Positions 39,718-49,886 of a stretch of 64,000 bases of DNA are shown in pieces; within the stretch, counting starts at the first letter, position 1; every line of letters begins with the position of its first letter. The stretch is taken from positions 1,013 through 65,012 of the forward strand of contig CANFWB010000004.1 of NCBI GenBank assembly GCA_947450605.1. Reading direction: 5' to 3'. The stretch comes from Burkholderiaceae bacterium (GTDB lineage: Bacteria; Pseudomonadota; Gammaproteobacteria; Burkholderiales; Burkholderiaceae). The position numbers and the translations under genes are program-made. The notes beneath the pieces were generated by a model, which saw only the letters and a program-made list of their open reading frames with translations, was not told the origin of the DNA and searched no databases.

Positions 39718-41532
39718 ATGAATCACCCAAAACCCTCTGGAGAAATCAACGTTGTTGCGGTAGCAACAGCAGATGATTTAAGGGAAACCATTCGTCGCAA
39801 AAGTAAGTTGAAGGGTCGTCAAGCTGATGATGTTTCTGTGGCGGAGGTTCGTCAACTGATTGGCGCAGATGCAGATCGTCGTGATTTGCTGATTGAAAAT
39901 TTACACAAGCTCAATGATGAGTATCGTGCCCTGCATGATCGTCATTTAGTTGCTTTGGCAAAAGAAATGAATTTGCCAATGGCTGAGGTCTATGAAGTCG
40001 CTACTTTCTATCACCACTTTGAAGTAGTGCGCGGTAATGATCCGGTGGCGGATATCACTGTACGTGTGTGTGATGGCATCGCCTGTGAATTGGCGGGCGC
40101 GCAAAACTTGTTGGCCAAATTGCCAACGATCCTCGGCAACGCCAATGTCAAAGTGATTGCAGCCCCTTGTGTGGGTCGTTGCGAACAAGCCCCTGTGGCA
40201 GTAGTGCACCAGTACCCAGTGCTATTTGCCACCACGGATAAAGTTGCTGCAGCAGTCAAAAATAATCTGACTACTCAACCCATGGCTAAAGACAGTGCCA
40301 ACTTTGATCCAGCGGCTTTGGCTGAAAAAGGTGTTTCTCCTCAAGGCGAAAATCAGGCTGTCTCACCAGACTATGTTGGATACGAGTCTTATTGTGCGCA
40401 AGGTGGTTACACCTTAGCCAAGGAAATCCTGGAAGGCAATGCGGCAAATTCACGTGATGCAGAAAGCATCATCAAGATTATGGAGAGCTCCGGTCTGCGT
40501 GGTCTTGGCGGTGCAGGTTTCCCAGCAGGGCGCAAGTGGCGCATTGTGAAGGATCAAGTTGCTCCCAAGTTGATGGCAGTCAATATCGACGAAGGTGAGC
40601 CAGGTACATTCAAAGACCGTACCTATTTGGAGCGTGACCCACATCGTTTCTTGGAAGGCTTATTAATTGCTGCCAGCGTGGTGGGTATTGATGCTTGCTA
40701 CATCTACTTACGTGATGAGTATCACGGCTGCCGCGAATTGCTTGAAGTGGAATTAGCTAAGCTCAAAGCCAATCCGCCATTTAAATTGCCTTCAATTGAA
40801 TTGCGTCGTGGCGCTGGTGCTTATATTTGCGGCGAAGAATCTGCCATGATTGAAAGTATCGAGGGCAAACGTGGTGAGCCGCGTATGCGTCCTCCCTACA
40901 TTGCTCAAGTAGGTTTGTTTGGTCGTCCAACCCTCGAGCACAACTTTGAAACTCTCTACTGGGTGCGCGATATTGTTCAGCGCGGAGCAGAGTGGTTCAG
41001 TTCATTTGGTCGTCATGATCGCAAAGGCCTGCGTAGCTACAGCGTCAGCGGTCGCGTCAACAACCCTGGTGTGAAATTGGCGCCAGCGGGTATCACTATT
41101 CAAGAGTTGATTGATGAGTACTGTGGCGGTATGCAGGACGGTCATCAGTTCTACGGCTACCTGCCGGGTGGCGCATCAGGCGGTATCTTGCCAGCGACAA
41201 TGAATACCATCCCACTCGACTTTGATACCTTGCAGCCCTATGGTTGCTTCATTGGTTCGGCAGCGGTCATGGTGTTCGGTGATAAAGATAAAGCCCGTGA
41301 TATGGCTTTGAACGTGATGCACTTCTTTGAGCACGAGAGTTGTGGTCAGTGCACGCCCTGCCGTGTTGGTACGGGCAAGGCAGCGAAGTTAATGCTGGCC
41401 GAGTCTTGGGATCAAGAAACATTAGAGGATTTGGCTACTGTGATGGTAGATGCCTCCATCTGCGGTTTAGGTCAAGCGGCACCCAATCCAATTCGCTGTA
41501 TTGCAAAATATTTCCCTGAAGAAGTTCAATAA
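39718..41532 (+). CDS. NAD-dependent formate dehydrogenase beta subunit (NuoE-NuoF-like fusion)
   Basis: EVATFY, C....C, C.GRC; GLRGLGGAGFP, DEGEPGTFKD, GAGAYICGEE, ESCGQCTPCR. Confidence 0.92.
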   Translation: MNHPKPSGEINVVAVATADDLRETIRRKSKLKGRQADDVSVAEVRQLIGADADRRDLLIENLHKLNDEYRALHDRHLVALAKEMNLPMAEVYEVATFYHHFEVVRGNDPVADITVRVCDGIACELAGAQNLLAKLPTILGNANVKVIAAPCVGRCEQAPVAVVHQYPVLFATTDKVAAAVKNNLTTQPMAKDSANFDPAALAEKGVSPQGENQAVSPDYVGYESYCAQGGYTLAKEILEGNAANSRDAESIIKIMESSGLRGLGGAGFPAGRKWRIVKDQVAPKLMAVNIDEGEPGTFKDRTYLERDPHRFLEGLLIAASVVGIDACYIYLRDEYHGCRELLEVELAKLKANPPFKLPSIELRRGAGAYICGEESAMIESIEGKRGEPRMRPPYIAQVGLFGRPTLEHNFETLYWVRDIVQRGAEWFSSFGRHDRKGLRSYSVSGRVNNPGVKLAPAGITIQELIDEYCGGMQDGHQFYGYLPGGASGGILPATMNTIPLDFDTLQPYGCFIGSAAVMVFGDKDKARDMALNVMHFFEHESCGQCTPCRVGTGKAAKLMLAESWDQETLEDLATVMVDASICGLGQAAPNPIRCIAKYFPEEVQ

Positions 41533-41584
41533 GGAAGTTGCTTAATAAAAGTACCTAGAAAAATCAGGGAACAACGAGACAAAT

Positions 41585-44479
41585 ATGAACGCACCAGTAA
41601 ACCCCAAAGAACTTGAATTGCAAACAGTCGAGTTCAAGTTAGACGGACAAACCATCGTTTCTTACGAGGGTGAAACCATTCTCAAGGCTGCAAAGCGCCA
41701 CGGAATTGATATTCCGCATCTCTGTTTCAAGGATGGCTATCGCCCTGATGGCAATTGCCGCGCATGCGTAGTAGAAATTAACGGCGAACGTACTTTGGCG
41801 CCGAGTTGCTGCCGCAGTGCAACTCCAGGCATGGATGTCAAAGCCAATAGCGAGCGTGCATTGAAGAGCCAAAAGCTAGTGCTCGAGATGTTGTTATCCG
41901 ATATGCCCGATGAAGGATTTAAGTGGGTCGGCGACAGCAAGGAAGAAGAGCAACAAAATCAACATGGTGAGCTGAGTACTTGGGCTGCTCGTATGGATGT
42001 AACCGTACGCCCAGAACTTAAAGCCTTGCGTCGTGAAAAAGTCACTAGCGATATCTCCCATCCTGCGATGGCAGTGAACTTAGATGCGTGCATTCAATGT
42101 AATCGTTGTGTGCGCGCTTGTCGTGAAGAGCAAGTCAATGATGTGATCGGCTACGCCATGCGTGGTGGGCATAGCGAGATCGTATTTGACCTGAACGACC
42201 CAATGGGTGACAGTACTTGCGTGGCTTGTGGAGAGTGTGTGCAGGCTTGCCCAACTGGGGCATTGATGCCTAAGGGTTTGATTGGTTCGCAAACGGTGGA
42301 TCGCAAAGTAGATTCAGTGTGTCCTTTCTGCGGCGTAGGTTGCCAAATTACCTACAACGTCAAAGATGAAAAGATTGTTAGCGTCGAAGGTCGTGATGGC
42401 CCAGCCAATCACAATCGACTCTGCGTTAAGGGTCGCTTTGGTATGGATTACATCCATAACCCACAGCGCTTAACAAAGCCACTCATTCGTAAAGCGGGTG
42501 TTCCTAAGGATGAGGCCTTGTTAGAAGGTAAGCAAGACTGGTCTGACATCTTCCGTGAGGCCACTTGGGAAGAGGCTCTTGAAGCAGCTGGTGGTGGCCT
42601 GAAGAAACTCAAAGACCAATACGGCAATAAAGTGTTGGCTGGCTTTGGCTCTGCAAAAGGCAGTAACGAAGAGGCTTACTTATTCCAAAAACTCGTGCGT
42701 ACGGGTTTTGGTAGCAATAACGTGGACCATTGCACACGTCTTTGCCATGCATCGTCCGTGGCCGCTCTATTAGAGGGTGTCGGATCTGGTGCGGTCAGTA
42801 ATCAGGTGAATGACGTTGAGCATTCCAGCTTGATTATGCTGATTGGATCTAATCCAACCGCCAACCATCCTGTTGCAGCTACCTGGTTTAAGAATGCTGC
42901 TAAACGTGGCGCAAAAATTGTTTTGTGTGATCCTCGCAAAACAGAGATCAGCAAGCATGCGTGGCGTACGATGCAGTTCAAGCCAGATACCGATGTGGCG
43001 ATGCTCAATGCCATGATCTTCACGATTATTGAAGAGGGCTTGGTTGATAAAGATTTTATTGAGAACCGTTCAAGTAACTTTGAGGCTCTGAAAGAAAATA
43101 TCAAGGGTTACAGCCCAGAAGCGATGGCGCCACTCTGCGGCATTCCAGCAGAGACTTTGCGCGAAGTAGCGCGTGAGTTTGCCACCACTAAATCTGCGAT
43201 GATTTTGTGGGGCATGGGTGTCAGTCAGCACGTGCATGGCACTGATAACGCTCGTTGCTTAATTGCTCTGGTGAGCATTACAGGTCAAATTGGTAAGCCT
43301 GGCTCAGGCCTGCATCCATTACGTGGTCAGAACAACGTGCAGGGTGCCAGTGATGCTGGTTTGATCCCAATGATGTTCCCGAACTATCAACGTGTTGATA
43401 ATCCAGAAGCACATGCTTGGTTTGAGAAGTTCTGGGATACCCCATTAGATCAGAAGCCTGGTTATACCGTGGTGGAGATCATGCATAAGATTACTGCGCC
43501 GGATAGTGATCCAGATAAGATTCGCGGTATGTATGTCGAAGGTGAAAACCCAGCGATGAGCGACCCTGATTTGAATCATGCCCGTCATGCACTAGCTGCA
43601 TTGGATTTATTGGTTGTGCAGGATATCTTCATGACTGAGACAGCGTTATTGGCTGACGTCGTATTGCCAGCGAGCGCATGGCCAGAGAAGGTCGGTACGG
43701 CAAGCAACACTGATCGTATGGTGCAAATGGGCAAGAAGGCGATCAATCCTCCTGGGGATGCTAAGCCAGATTTGTGGATCATTCAGCAGATTGCCAAGCG
43801 TATGGGGCTCAACTGGAACTACCAAGGTGCTGACGATGGTGTTGCAGCCGTTTATGACGAGATGCGCCAAGCAATGCATGCCGCTATTAACGGTATCACT
43901 TGGGAGCGCCTTGAAAAAGAATCTAGCGTCACTTACCCATGCTTATCTGTAGAAGATCCAGGTCGCCCCATTGTGTTTGATGACAAGTTTGATACCAAGG
44001 ATGGCAAGGTGAAGTTAGTGCCAGCCGATATCATTCCTGCCAATGAGCGTCCTGATGCTGAGTACCCATTTGTATTGATTACGGGTCGTCAGTTAGAGCA
44101 TTGGCACACGGGCAGTATGACTCGCCGTGCAACCGTACTGGATGCGATTGAGCCAATGGCAACCGTATCCATGCATGGTGAAGATATGACCCAGCTAGGT
44201 GTTTCTGCTGGCGATGTCATTACCGTTCAGTCACGTCGTGGCGAGGTCGGTATTCATGTGCGTAGAGATGACGGCACACCACGTGGCGTGATCTTTATTC
44301 CGTTTGCCTACTATGAGGCTGCAGCGAACTTAATTACTAACTCTGCCTTAGATCCATTTGGCAAAATTCCAGAGTTTAAGTACTGTGCCGTCAAGCTTGC
44401 TAAAGGTGGTCAGGTTGCTGCAGTGATGGGGTATGGAACTAACGATCCTAGTCGACAGAAGACTGAATTGGCTCATTGA
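41585..44479 (+). CDS. fdhF: Formate dehydrogenase alpha subunit (Mo/W-bisPGD, Cys ligand)
   Basis: NuoG-like Fe-S N-terminus, CPFCGVGC, CTRLCH, LRGQNNVQGA, TGR.LEHWH. Confidence 0.93.
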   Translation: MNAPVNPKELELQTVEFKLDGQTIVSYEGETILKAAKRHGIDIPHLCFKDGYRPDGNCRACVVEINGERTLAPSCCRSATPGMDVKANSERALKSQKLVLEMLLSDMPDEGFKWVGDSKEEEQQNQHGELSTWAARMDVTVRPELKALRREKVTSDISHPAMAVNLDACIQCNRCVRACREEQVNDVIGYAMRGGHSEIVFDLNDPMGDSTCVACGECVQACPTGALMPKGLIGSQTVDRKVDSVCPFCGVGCQITYNVKDEKIVSVEGRDGPANHNRLCVKGRFGMDYIHNPQRLTKPLIRKAGVPKDEALLEGKQDWSDIFREATWEEALEAAGGGLKKLKDQYGNKVLAGFGSAKGSNEEAYLFQKLVRTGFGSNNVDHCTRLCHASSVAALLEGVGSGAVSNQVNDVEHSSLIMLIGSNPTANHPVAATWFKNAAKRGAKIVLCDPRKTEISKHAWRTMQFKPDTDVAMLNAMIFTIIEEGLVDKDFIENRSSNFEALKENIKGYSPEAMAPLCGIPAETLREVAREFATTKSAMILWGMGVSQHVHGTDNARCLIALVSITGQIGKPGSGLHPLRGQNNVQGASDAGLIPMMFPNYQRVDNPEAHAWFEKFWDTPLDQKPGYTVVEIMHKITAPDSDPDKIRGMYVEGENPAMSDPDLNHARHALAALDLLVVQDIFMTETALLADVVLPASAWPEKVGTASNTDRMVQMGKKAINPPGDAKPDLWIIQQIAKRMGLNWNYQGADDGVAAVYDEMRQAMHAAINGITWERLEKESSVTYPCLSVEDPGRPIVFDDKFDTKDGKVKLVPADIIPANERPDAEYPFVLITGRQLEHWHTGSMTRRATVLDAIEPMATVSMHGEDMTQLGVSAGDVITVQSRRGEVGIHVRRDDGTPRGVIFIPFAYYEAAANLITNSALDPFGKIPEFKYCAVKLAKGGQVAAVMGYGTNDPSRQKTELAH

Positions 44480-44496
44480 TCATCGTTCCGCTTGAG

Positions 44497-44522
44497 AAAA
44501 GGCCGCCTTCGGGCGGTTTTTT
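44497..44522 (+). terminator. Rho-independent terminator
   Basis: CCGCC-TTCG-GGCGG plus T6. Confidence 0.8.
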
Positions 44523-44588
44523 CGTTAAAAGACCTGGTTCTCTATCTTGCTACTTTTGTAGTAAGTTTGGTCAAACGGGAGATTTTTG

Positions 44589-44816
44589 ATGGGCATGCCA
44601 GTCAGAATTGATGAAAATCTATATGAAGCAGCAAAATCAGAGGCTAAGTCTGAGCATCGGACTATTGCTGGCCAGCTTGAGTTTTGGGCTATTGTAGGAC
44701 GTGCCGCAATTGATAATCCAGATCTTCCAATTTCGTTTATTACTGCTTCGTTGGCCTCTTTAGCGGAGCCCAGGACAGAAGGCACTCCATTTATTCCTCG
44801 CTCCAAGAAGGTGTAA
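44589..44816 (+). CDS. ParD-like RHH antitoxin
   Basis: PVRID..LY..AK......HRTIAGQLEFWA..GR...DNPDLP. Confidence 0.8.
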   Translation: MGMPVRIDENLYEAAKSEAKSEHRTIAGQLEFWAIVGRAAIDNPDLPISFITASLASLAEPRTEGTPFIPRSKKV

Positions 44817-45094
44817 TGGCGCATTCAGTTCTTCAAACGCGCCGGTTTGCCAGACAATATAAAAAGCTAAATGACAATATCGCCAAGGATGTAGATCGTG
44901 CTGTAGGAATTGTTTCCAAAGCACCTTCGATCGGCGAAAGAAAGAAGGGTGATTTAGTTGCTCTGTTGGTGTATCAGTTTAAGAGTGGCGATCAACTCTA
45001 CTTGCTGGGTTACTCGCTCGATGACGGCTTAAGGTTGATTTATCTCGAGGCAATTGGCTCGCATGAAAACCTCTATCGGGATATCAAGAGATAA
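44816..45094 (+). CDS. RelE/ParE-like toxin
   Basis: F.RQYKKL, P.IGE.KKGDL, YLLGY, GSHEN.YRD.KR; TAATG coupling to the antitoxin. Confidence 0.82.
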   Translation: MAHSVLQTRRFARQYKKLNDNIAKDVDRAVGIVSKAPSIGERKKGDLVALLVYQFKSGDQLYLLGYSLDDGLRLIYLEAIGSHENLYRDIKR

Positions 45095-45133
45095 TCAACG
45101 CAATATTCCATTGCCCTTTAGAATTAACCCTCT

Positions 45134-46795
45134 ATGGCTAGTTCAAAACCCCAAAACCTACAATCTGATACCAAAGCTGAATTACCCGTCCTGATTATTG
45201 GAGCGGGCTTAGCTGGCCTCACTGTCGCTCTGCATATGGCGGAGACTCAGCCAGTCATTGTGATGGCCAAGCGCGGTCTTGGTGAAGCTGCAACTGCGTG
45301 GGCGCAGGGTGGCATTGTGGGGGTGGTCGATAAAGAGCATGACAGCGTTGACTCTCATGTTAGTGACACCTTGGATGCGGGCGCGGGCCTCGTCGTGGAA
45401 TCTACTGCTCGATACATTGCCGAGGAAAGTGCCGAAGCAATTCGTTGGTTGGTTGAGCAGGGTGTTCCTTTTACTGCTGATGAAGCTGGCCCCATGGGCT
45501 TGCATCTCACGCGAGAGGGTGGCCATAGTCAGCGCCGTATTGCACACGTAGCTGATGCAACTGGTAAAGCCATTCATGAGGTTTTGTTAGATAAAGCGCG
45601 AGCCCATAAAAATATTCAGCTACTAGAGCATTGGATTGCTTTAGATCTCATTACCAATCGTCAATTAGATGCGAAGACGCAACGCACCAAACCGAATCGT
45701 TGCTATGGCGTGTATGCCCTCGACATTAAAAATAATCGTGTAGAAACGATTGAAGCGAAATCAGTTGTATTGGCTACCGGTGGTGTCGGCAAGGTCTATA
45801 GATACACCAGCAACCCAGACACCGCTACAGGCGATGGTATTGCTATGGCCTGGCGTGCAGGTTGCCGTGTAGGTAATATGGAATTTATTCAGTTTCATCC
45901 AACGTGTTTGTATCACCCCAGTGATCGCACCTTCCTCATTACTGAGGCGATGCGTGGTGAGGGCGGACTACTAAAGCTACCCAATGGCACTCGCTTTATG
46001 TCAGAGCACGATGAGCGTAATGAGTTAGCTCCGCGCGACATTGTTGCCAGAGCCATTGACTTTGAGATGAAGAAGCATGGCTTAGATTACGTGCATTTGG
46101 ATGCCACCCATTTAGGTGAAGCCTTCATCAAAGAGCATTTCCCGATGATCTATGCGCGTTGCATGAGTCTTGGTTTGGACATTACTAAAGAGCCAATCCC
46201 TGTCGTGCCAGCAGCGCACTACACCTGTGGTGGTGTAGTCACCGACCTCAAAGGCAAAACTGATTTACTGGGGCTCTACGCCGTCGGTGAAGCAACCTAT
46301 ACAGGCTTGCATGGCGCCAATCGCTTGGCTAGCAACTCATTGTTAGAGTGCATTGTTATTGGTAAAGCAGCTGCTGCAGATATCTCATCGCTCAAGACTC
46401 CCCTTATGCCTAATTTACCTTTGTGGGATGAGAGTCAGGTTGAGGATGCGGATGAGCAAGTGGTGATTGCCCATAACTGGGATGAGCTGCGTTCATTGAT
46501 GTGGAATTACGTAGGGATCGTGAGAACCAATCGACGCTTAGAGCGTGCACTTCACCGGATTAAGTTATTGCGTTATGAAGTACAGGAGTATTACGCGAAC
46601 TTTAAAGTGACGCGTGACTTAATTGAGTTGCGAAATCTACTGGAATGCGCTGAGCTGATTGTGAGATCGGCCCTGATGCGTAGAGAGAGTAGAGGGCTGC
46701 ATTACAGCCGCGATTACCCAGGCACTTGGGCAGTGTCTTACCCAACTATTCTGACTCCTCAAGCTGAGGGTACTTCTGAAAACCCTGAAACATAA
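45134..46795 (+). CDS. nadB: L-aspartate oxidase
   Basis: WAQGGI, REGGHS.RRI.H, QFHPT, ELAPRD, AHYTCGG, GLHGANRLASNSL. Confidence 0.96.
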   Translation: MASSKPQNLQSDTKAELPVLIIGAGLAGLTVALHMAETQPVIVMAKRGLGEAATAWAQGGIVGVVDKEHDSVDSHVSDTLDAGAGLVVESTARYIAEESAEAIRWLVEQGVPFTADEAGPMGLHLTREGGHSQRRIAHVADATGKAIHEVLLDKARAHKNIQLLEHWIALDLITNRQLDAKTQRTKPNRCYGVYALDIKNNRVETIEAKSVVLATGGVGKVYRYTSNPDTATGDGIAMAWRAGCRVGNMEFIQFHPTCLYHPSDRTFLITEAMRGEGGLLKLPNGTRFMSEHDERNELAPRDIVARAIDFEMKKHGLDYVHLDATHLGEAFIKEHFPMIYARCMSLGLDITKEPIPVVPAAHYTCGGVVTDLKGKTDLLGLYAVGEATYTGLHGANRLASNSLLECIVIGKAAAADISSLKTPLMPNLPLWDESQVEDADEQVVIAHNWDELRSLMWNYVGIVRTNRRLERALHRIKLLRYEVQEYYANFKVTRDLIELRNLLECAELIVRSALMRRESRGLHYSRDYPGTWAVSYPTILTPQAEGTSENPET

Positions 46796-46802
46796 TTCGT
46801 TT

Positions 46803-47075
46803 CTAGATTAGACCTTTCAAAACCGCCTCTTTAATATGTTTACTAAGGCGTGTTTGCCAACCTTTACCTGACGCGCGTAGCGTTTCTAAAATATCGGAAT
46901 CTAGCCTCAGGCTCAACATTTCTTTTGCATTCTGAATTGGGGGGCGCCCAACACCTCTTTTAATGAGGGTGTCACCAACATAGACGTGGGCATTTTTAAA
47001 CCACTCCTCATTGAGTTCGGGGGCATCATCTGGATCAATCCACTTTTCTTTAGTAGTTTGAGATTTCGCGTGCAT
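46803..47075 (-). CDS. brnA: BrnA antitoxin
   Basis: WIDPDDAPEL..EWF, GRP....K...SLRLD.D......RASGKGWQTR. Confidence 0.88.
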   Translation of the reverse strand: MHAKSQTTKEKWIDPDDAPELNEEWFKNAHVYVGDTLIKRGVGRPPIQNAKEMLSLRLDSDILETLRASGKGWQTRLSKHIKEAVLKGLI

Positions 47076-47304
47076 TTGCTTTCCTCATGCTAATGATTCT
47101 TCGTTTACCTTTTCTATAGGTCCAAACAACAATTACCGCTCTGCTATCTAAATACCCAAAAGTAATAATCCTCTTTTCGCCATATGATTGGCGTTCATCC
47201 ATCTGATCTGTATGACCGGCTCTAAATACTTCAATTGCTCTGGCCATATCCAAGCCTCGCTCTGACAGAGTTTTATCGCGCTTATTCTGGTCATACTCAA
47301 TCAC
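47050..47304 (-). CDS. brnT: BrnT toxin
   Basis: D.NK...T...RGLD, D.R..YGE.R..T.G, VVWT.R...RRIISMRKAN.RE. Confidence 0.9.
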   Translation of the reverse strand: MIEYDQNKRDKTLSERGLDMARAIEVFRAGHTDQMDERQSYGEKRIITFGYLDSRAVIVVWTYRKGKRRIISMRKANAREISNY

Positions 47305-47481
47305 TTGGCTGCCCTATTAATGTATATACAAAAATAATTAATGTCAATACATAAATTAAGGAGTAAAAGGCTGAAAACCCAATAAATGTAAGGGGGTAGT
47401 CTAGAAAAGAAAAACCCCGCCGAATATCGGAAGGGTTTTATATTGATGTCAGTAGTGGGCTGACATGGGTGGGTAAATTGC

Positions 47482-48336
47482 CTACAAAATTCTCATTGAG
47501 AAATCCACCGCCTGAATATCTTTAGTCAGTTTCCCCAGGGAGATGCGATCAACGCCAGTTGCGGCAATGGCACGCATCTGATTTAAGTCGATACCGCCTG
47601 AAGCCTCAAGCAGGGCTCGACCATTGGTAAAGGTAACAGCCTCTTTCATTTGCTCGGTGGTGAAGTTATCAATGAGGATGCTTTTTGCACCGGCATCCAA
47701 AGCTTCTTTCAATTCGGCAAAGTTTTCCACTTCTACCTGAATATCTACCCCAGAATGTAATGCTTGCGCAGCTTTAATAGCCGCTGCTATACCGCCTGCA
47801 GCAGCAATATGGTTCTCTTTAATCAAGATGCCATGCCATAAGGCTAGACGCTGGTTCTGGCCACCACCGACCAGCACTGCGTATTTCTGAGCGCGACGCA
47901 GTCCGGGAATCGTTTTTCTTGTATCAAGTACTGCACAGCCCTTTGGATTGGGGCTAACACTAGCAATGGCATCAACGTGCTGACGGGCAATGCTGGCTGT
48001 CCAGGAGAGTGTTTGTAGGAAGTTGATGCAAGGACGTTCTGCCGAGAGAAGGGCGCGTGAGTCCGCCTCAATATCACACACTTTAGTATCGGCTTGCATC
48101 AAGTCACCCTCTAAGTAAAACCAAGTGATCTTAGCTGCCGGATCTAGTTTCTTGAGAGTGCCCTCAAACCAATCTACGCCGCAGAGAACAGCCTCTTGGC
48201 GAACGATGAGCTGCGCATGAACGGATTTGCTAGGCACCAGCATGGCAGTCCAGTCGCCCATGCCAATATCCTCCATCAAAGCATCATGAATATTGCGTTG
48301 GCGGGCTTGCTCTAAGGTTTCGTTGTATTCAAACAT
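47482..48336 (-). CDS. nadC: Quinolinate phosphoribosyltransferase
   Basis: ED.G.GDWT, ER..INFLQ, DTRKT.PG, LIKENH, EVE, EASGG. Confidence 0.95.
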   Translation of the reverse strand: MFEYNETLEQARQRNIHDALMEDIGMGDWTAMLVPSKSVHAQLIVRQEAVLCGVDWFEGTLKKLDPAAKITWFYLEGDLMQADTKVCDIEADSRALLSAERPCINFLQTLSWTASIARQHVDAIASVSPNPKGCAVLDTRKTIPGLRRAQKYAVLVGGGQNQRLALWHGILIKENHIAAAGGIAAAIKAAQALHSGVDIQVEVENFAELKEALDAGAKSILIDNFTTEQMKEAVTFTNGRALLEASGGIDLNQMRAIAATGVDRISLGKLTKDIQAVDFSMRIL

Positions 48337-48373
48337 ACGTATTCAGTCAAAAAATACTAATAGGAAAAATGCG

Positions 48374-49492
48374 TTAAGCTGCGCCAATATTTTTCACAAA
48401 GCCGTGCTGAGCTTTTGCTAACAGATCGGGATGATTTTGGGTGAAGTCGAGCATACGATCAATGCAGGTCAATGCCTTCAACCGAACATCTTCTTCGATC
48501 ATAATTTCACCGGAGGCATTCTCCAGGCAGTTCAGAATTCCTTGCAAGCCATTCATGGCCATCCAAGGGCAATGGGCGCAGCTCTTGCAGGTAGCACTAT
48601 TGCCAGCGGTAGGTGCTTCGATCAACACCTTATTGGGTGCCAGCTGACGCATGCGATGCAAGATGCCGTTGTCGGTAGCCACAATATATTCAGTAGCACT
48701 GCCCTCAACTACGGCCTTGATCATCGCAGATGTTGAGCCGACGACATCGGCTAAATCAACGACAGCTTGCGGTGACTCTGGGTGAACCAAAATCAGGGCA
48801 TTGGGATGGGCTGCTTTGAGCATCTCTAATTCAACAGCTTTAAATTCATCATGAACAATGCAGGCTCCATTCCATAGCAACATATCCGCGCCAGTTTGCT
48901 CTTGAATGTATCGCCCGAGGTGACGATCAGGTGCCCAGAGAATCTGTTTACCTTCAACCTTGAGTTGATGCACGATAGCCAAAGCACAGGAGCTAGTAAC
49001 CATCCAATCAGCCTGCGCCTTAACGGCGGCGCTGGTATTGGCGTAAACAACGACAGTACGATCAGGGTGTAATGCTCTAAATGCGGCAAAGTCAGTTGCG
49101 TCACAACCTAAATCTAGGGAGCAAGTCGCGTCTAGATCAGGCATGAAGACACGTTTCTCAGGACTCAGAATTTTGGCAGACTCACCCATGAAGCGCACAC
49201 CAGCAACGATGAGATTCTTTGCTGGATGATTCTTGCCAAAGCGCGCCATCTCTAAAGAGTCGGCAACAAAGCCACCAGTTTCCATGGCTAAGTCTTGGAT
49301 ATCCCCATCTACATAGTAGTGCGCCACTAAGGCAGCATCCTTCTCTATTAATAGCTCCTTAATGCGGGCAATCACGGTTGCTTTTTCAGGACCAGGGAGT
49401 GGAGGAGGTGTTTTAGCCCAAGCTTGGGCGGTACAGGTTGCGCCGGTGGCATTCTGCTGGGGGTAGTCAAAAGCGATGGAGGTAGAGGTCAT
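48374..49492 (-). CDS. nadA: Quinolinate synthase
   Basis: [41 protein letters not shown]. Confidence 0.96.
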   Translation of the reverse strand: MTSTSIAFDYPQQNATGATCTAQAWAKTPPPLPGPEKATVIARIKELLIEKDAALVAHYYVDGDIQDLAMETGGFVADSLEMARFGKNHPAKNLIVAGVRFMGESAKILSPEKRVFMPDLDATCSLDLGCDATDFAAFRALHPDRTVVVYANTSAAVKAQADWMVTSSCALAIVHQLKVEGKQILWAPDRHLGRYIQEQTGADMLLWNGACIVHDEFKAVELEMLKAAHPNALILVHPESPQAVVDLADVVGSTSAMIKAVVEGSATEYIVATDNGILHRMRQLAPNKVLIEAPTAGNSATCKSCAHCPWMAMNGLQGILNCLENASGEIMIEEDVRLKALTCIDRMLDFTQNHPDLLAKAQHGFVKNIGAA

Positions 49493-49548
49493 GTGTAATT
49501 TTAGCCTCCTTGCTTAAGGGCTTTATTTCTCTTAATTACTATCCAATA

Positions 49549-49569
49549 TGTAGCTACAATGTAGCTACA
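49549..49569. promoter_or_regulatory. Tandem palindromic operator (TGTAGCTACA x2), probable antitoxin autorepression site
   Basis: Two perfect 10-bp palindromes 1 bp apart, about 35 bp upstream of dinJ. Confidence 0.7.
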
Positions 49570-49604
49570 TTATTAACATAAATTATTGTGCAGGGAGAGT
49601 AAAA

Positions 49605-49886
49605 ATGACAGCAAATGCAGTGGTTCGTGCCCGCATAGATGCGGATATTAAAAATGAGGCAAGTCTTGTGCTTGAGTCGATGGGATTAACTGTCTCTGAT
49701 GCATTGCGCATGATGCTGATAAGAGTTGCAGTAGAAAAATCTTTACCATTTGAGCCTCTGGTGCCAAACGCAAAAACAATTTCAGCTATGCGTGCAGCTC
49801 GCGAGCGTCAGTTAATGTCTTTTGGATCGACAAAGGAGTTGCTCAAGGATTTAAATGCGAAGGATGGAGCGAGCCACTCAATTTAA
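49605..49886 (+). CDS. dinJ: RelB/DinJ antitoxin
   Basis: VVRARID...K.EA..VL..MGLTVSDA.R, LPFEPLVPN..TI.AM. Confidence 0.9.
   Translation: MTANAVVRARIDADIKNEASLVLESMGLTVSDALRMMLIRVAVEKSLPFEPLVPNAKTISAMRAARERQLMSFGSTKELLKDLNAKDGASHSI

Noticed and set aside
38135-44520. REP-like family from identical CCGCCTTCGGGCGG hairpins
   Set aside because: Both copies are UUCG-loop terminators right after stop codons; convergence explains them.
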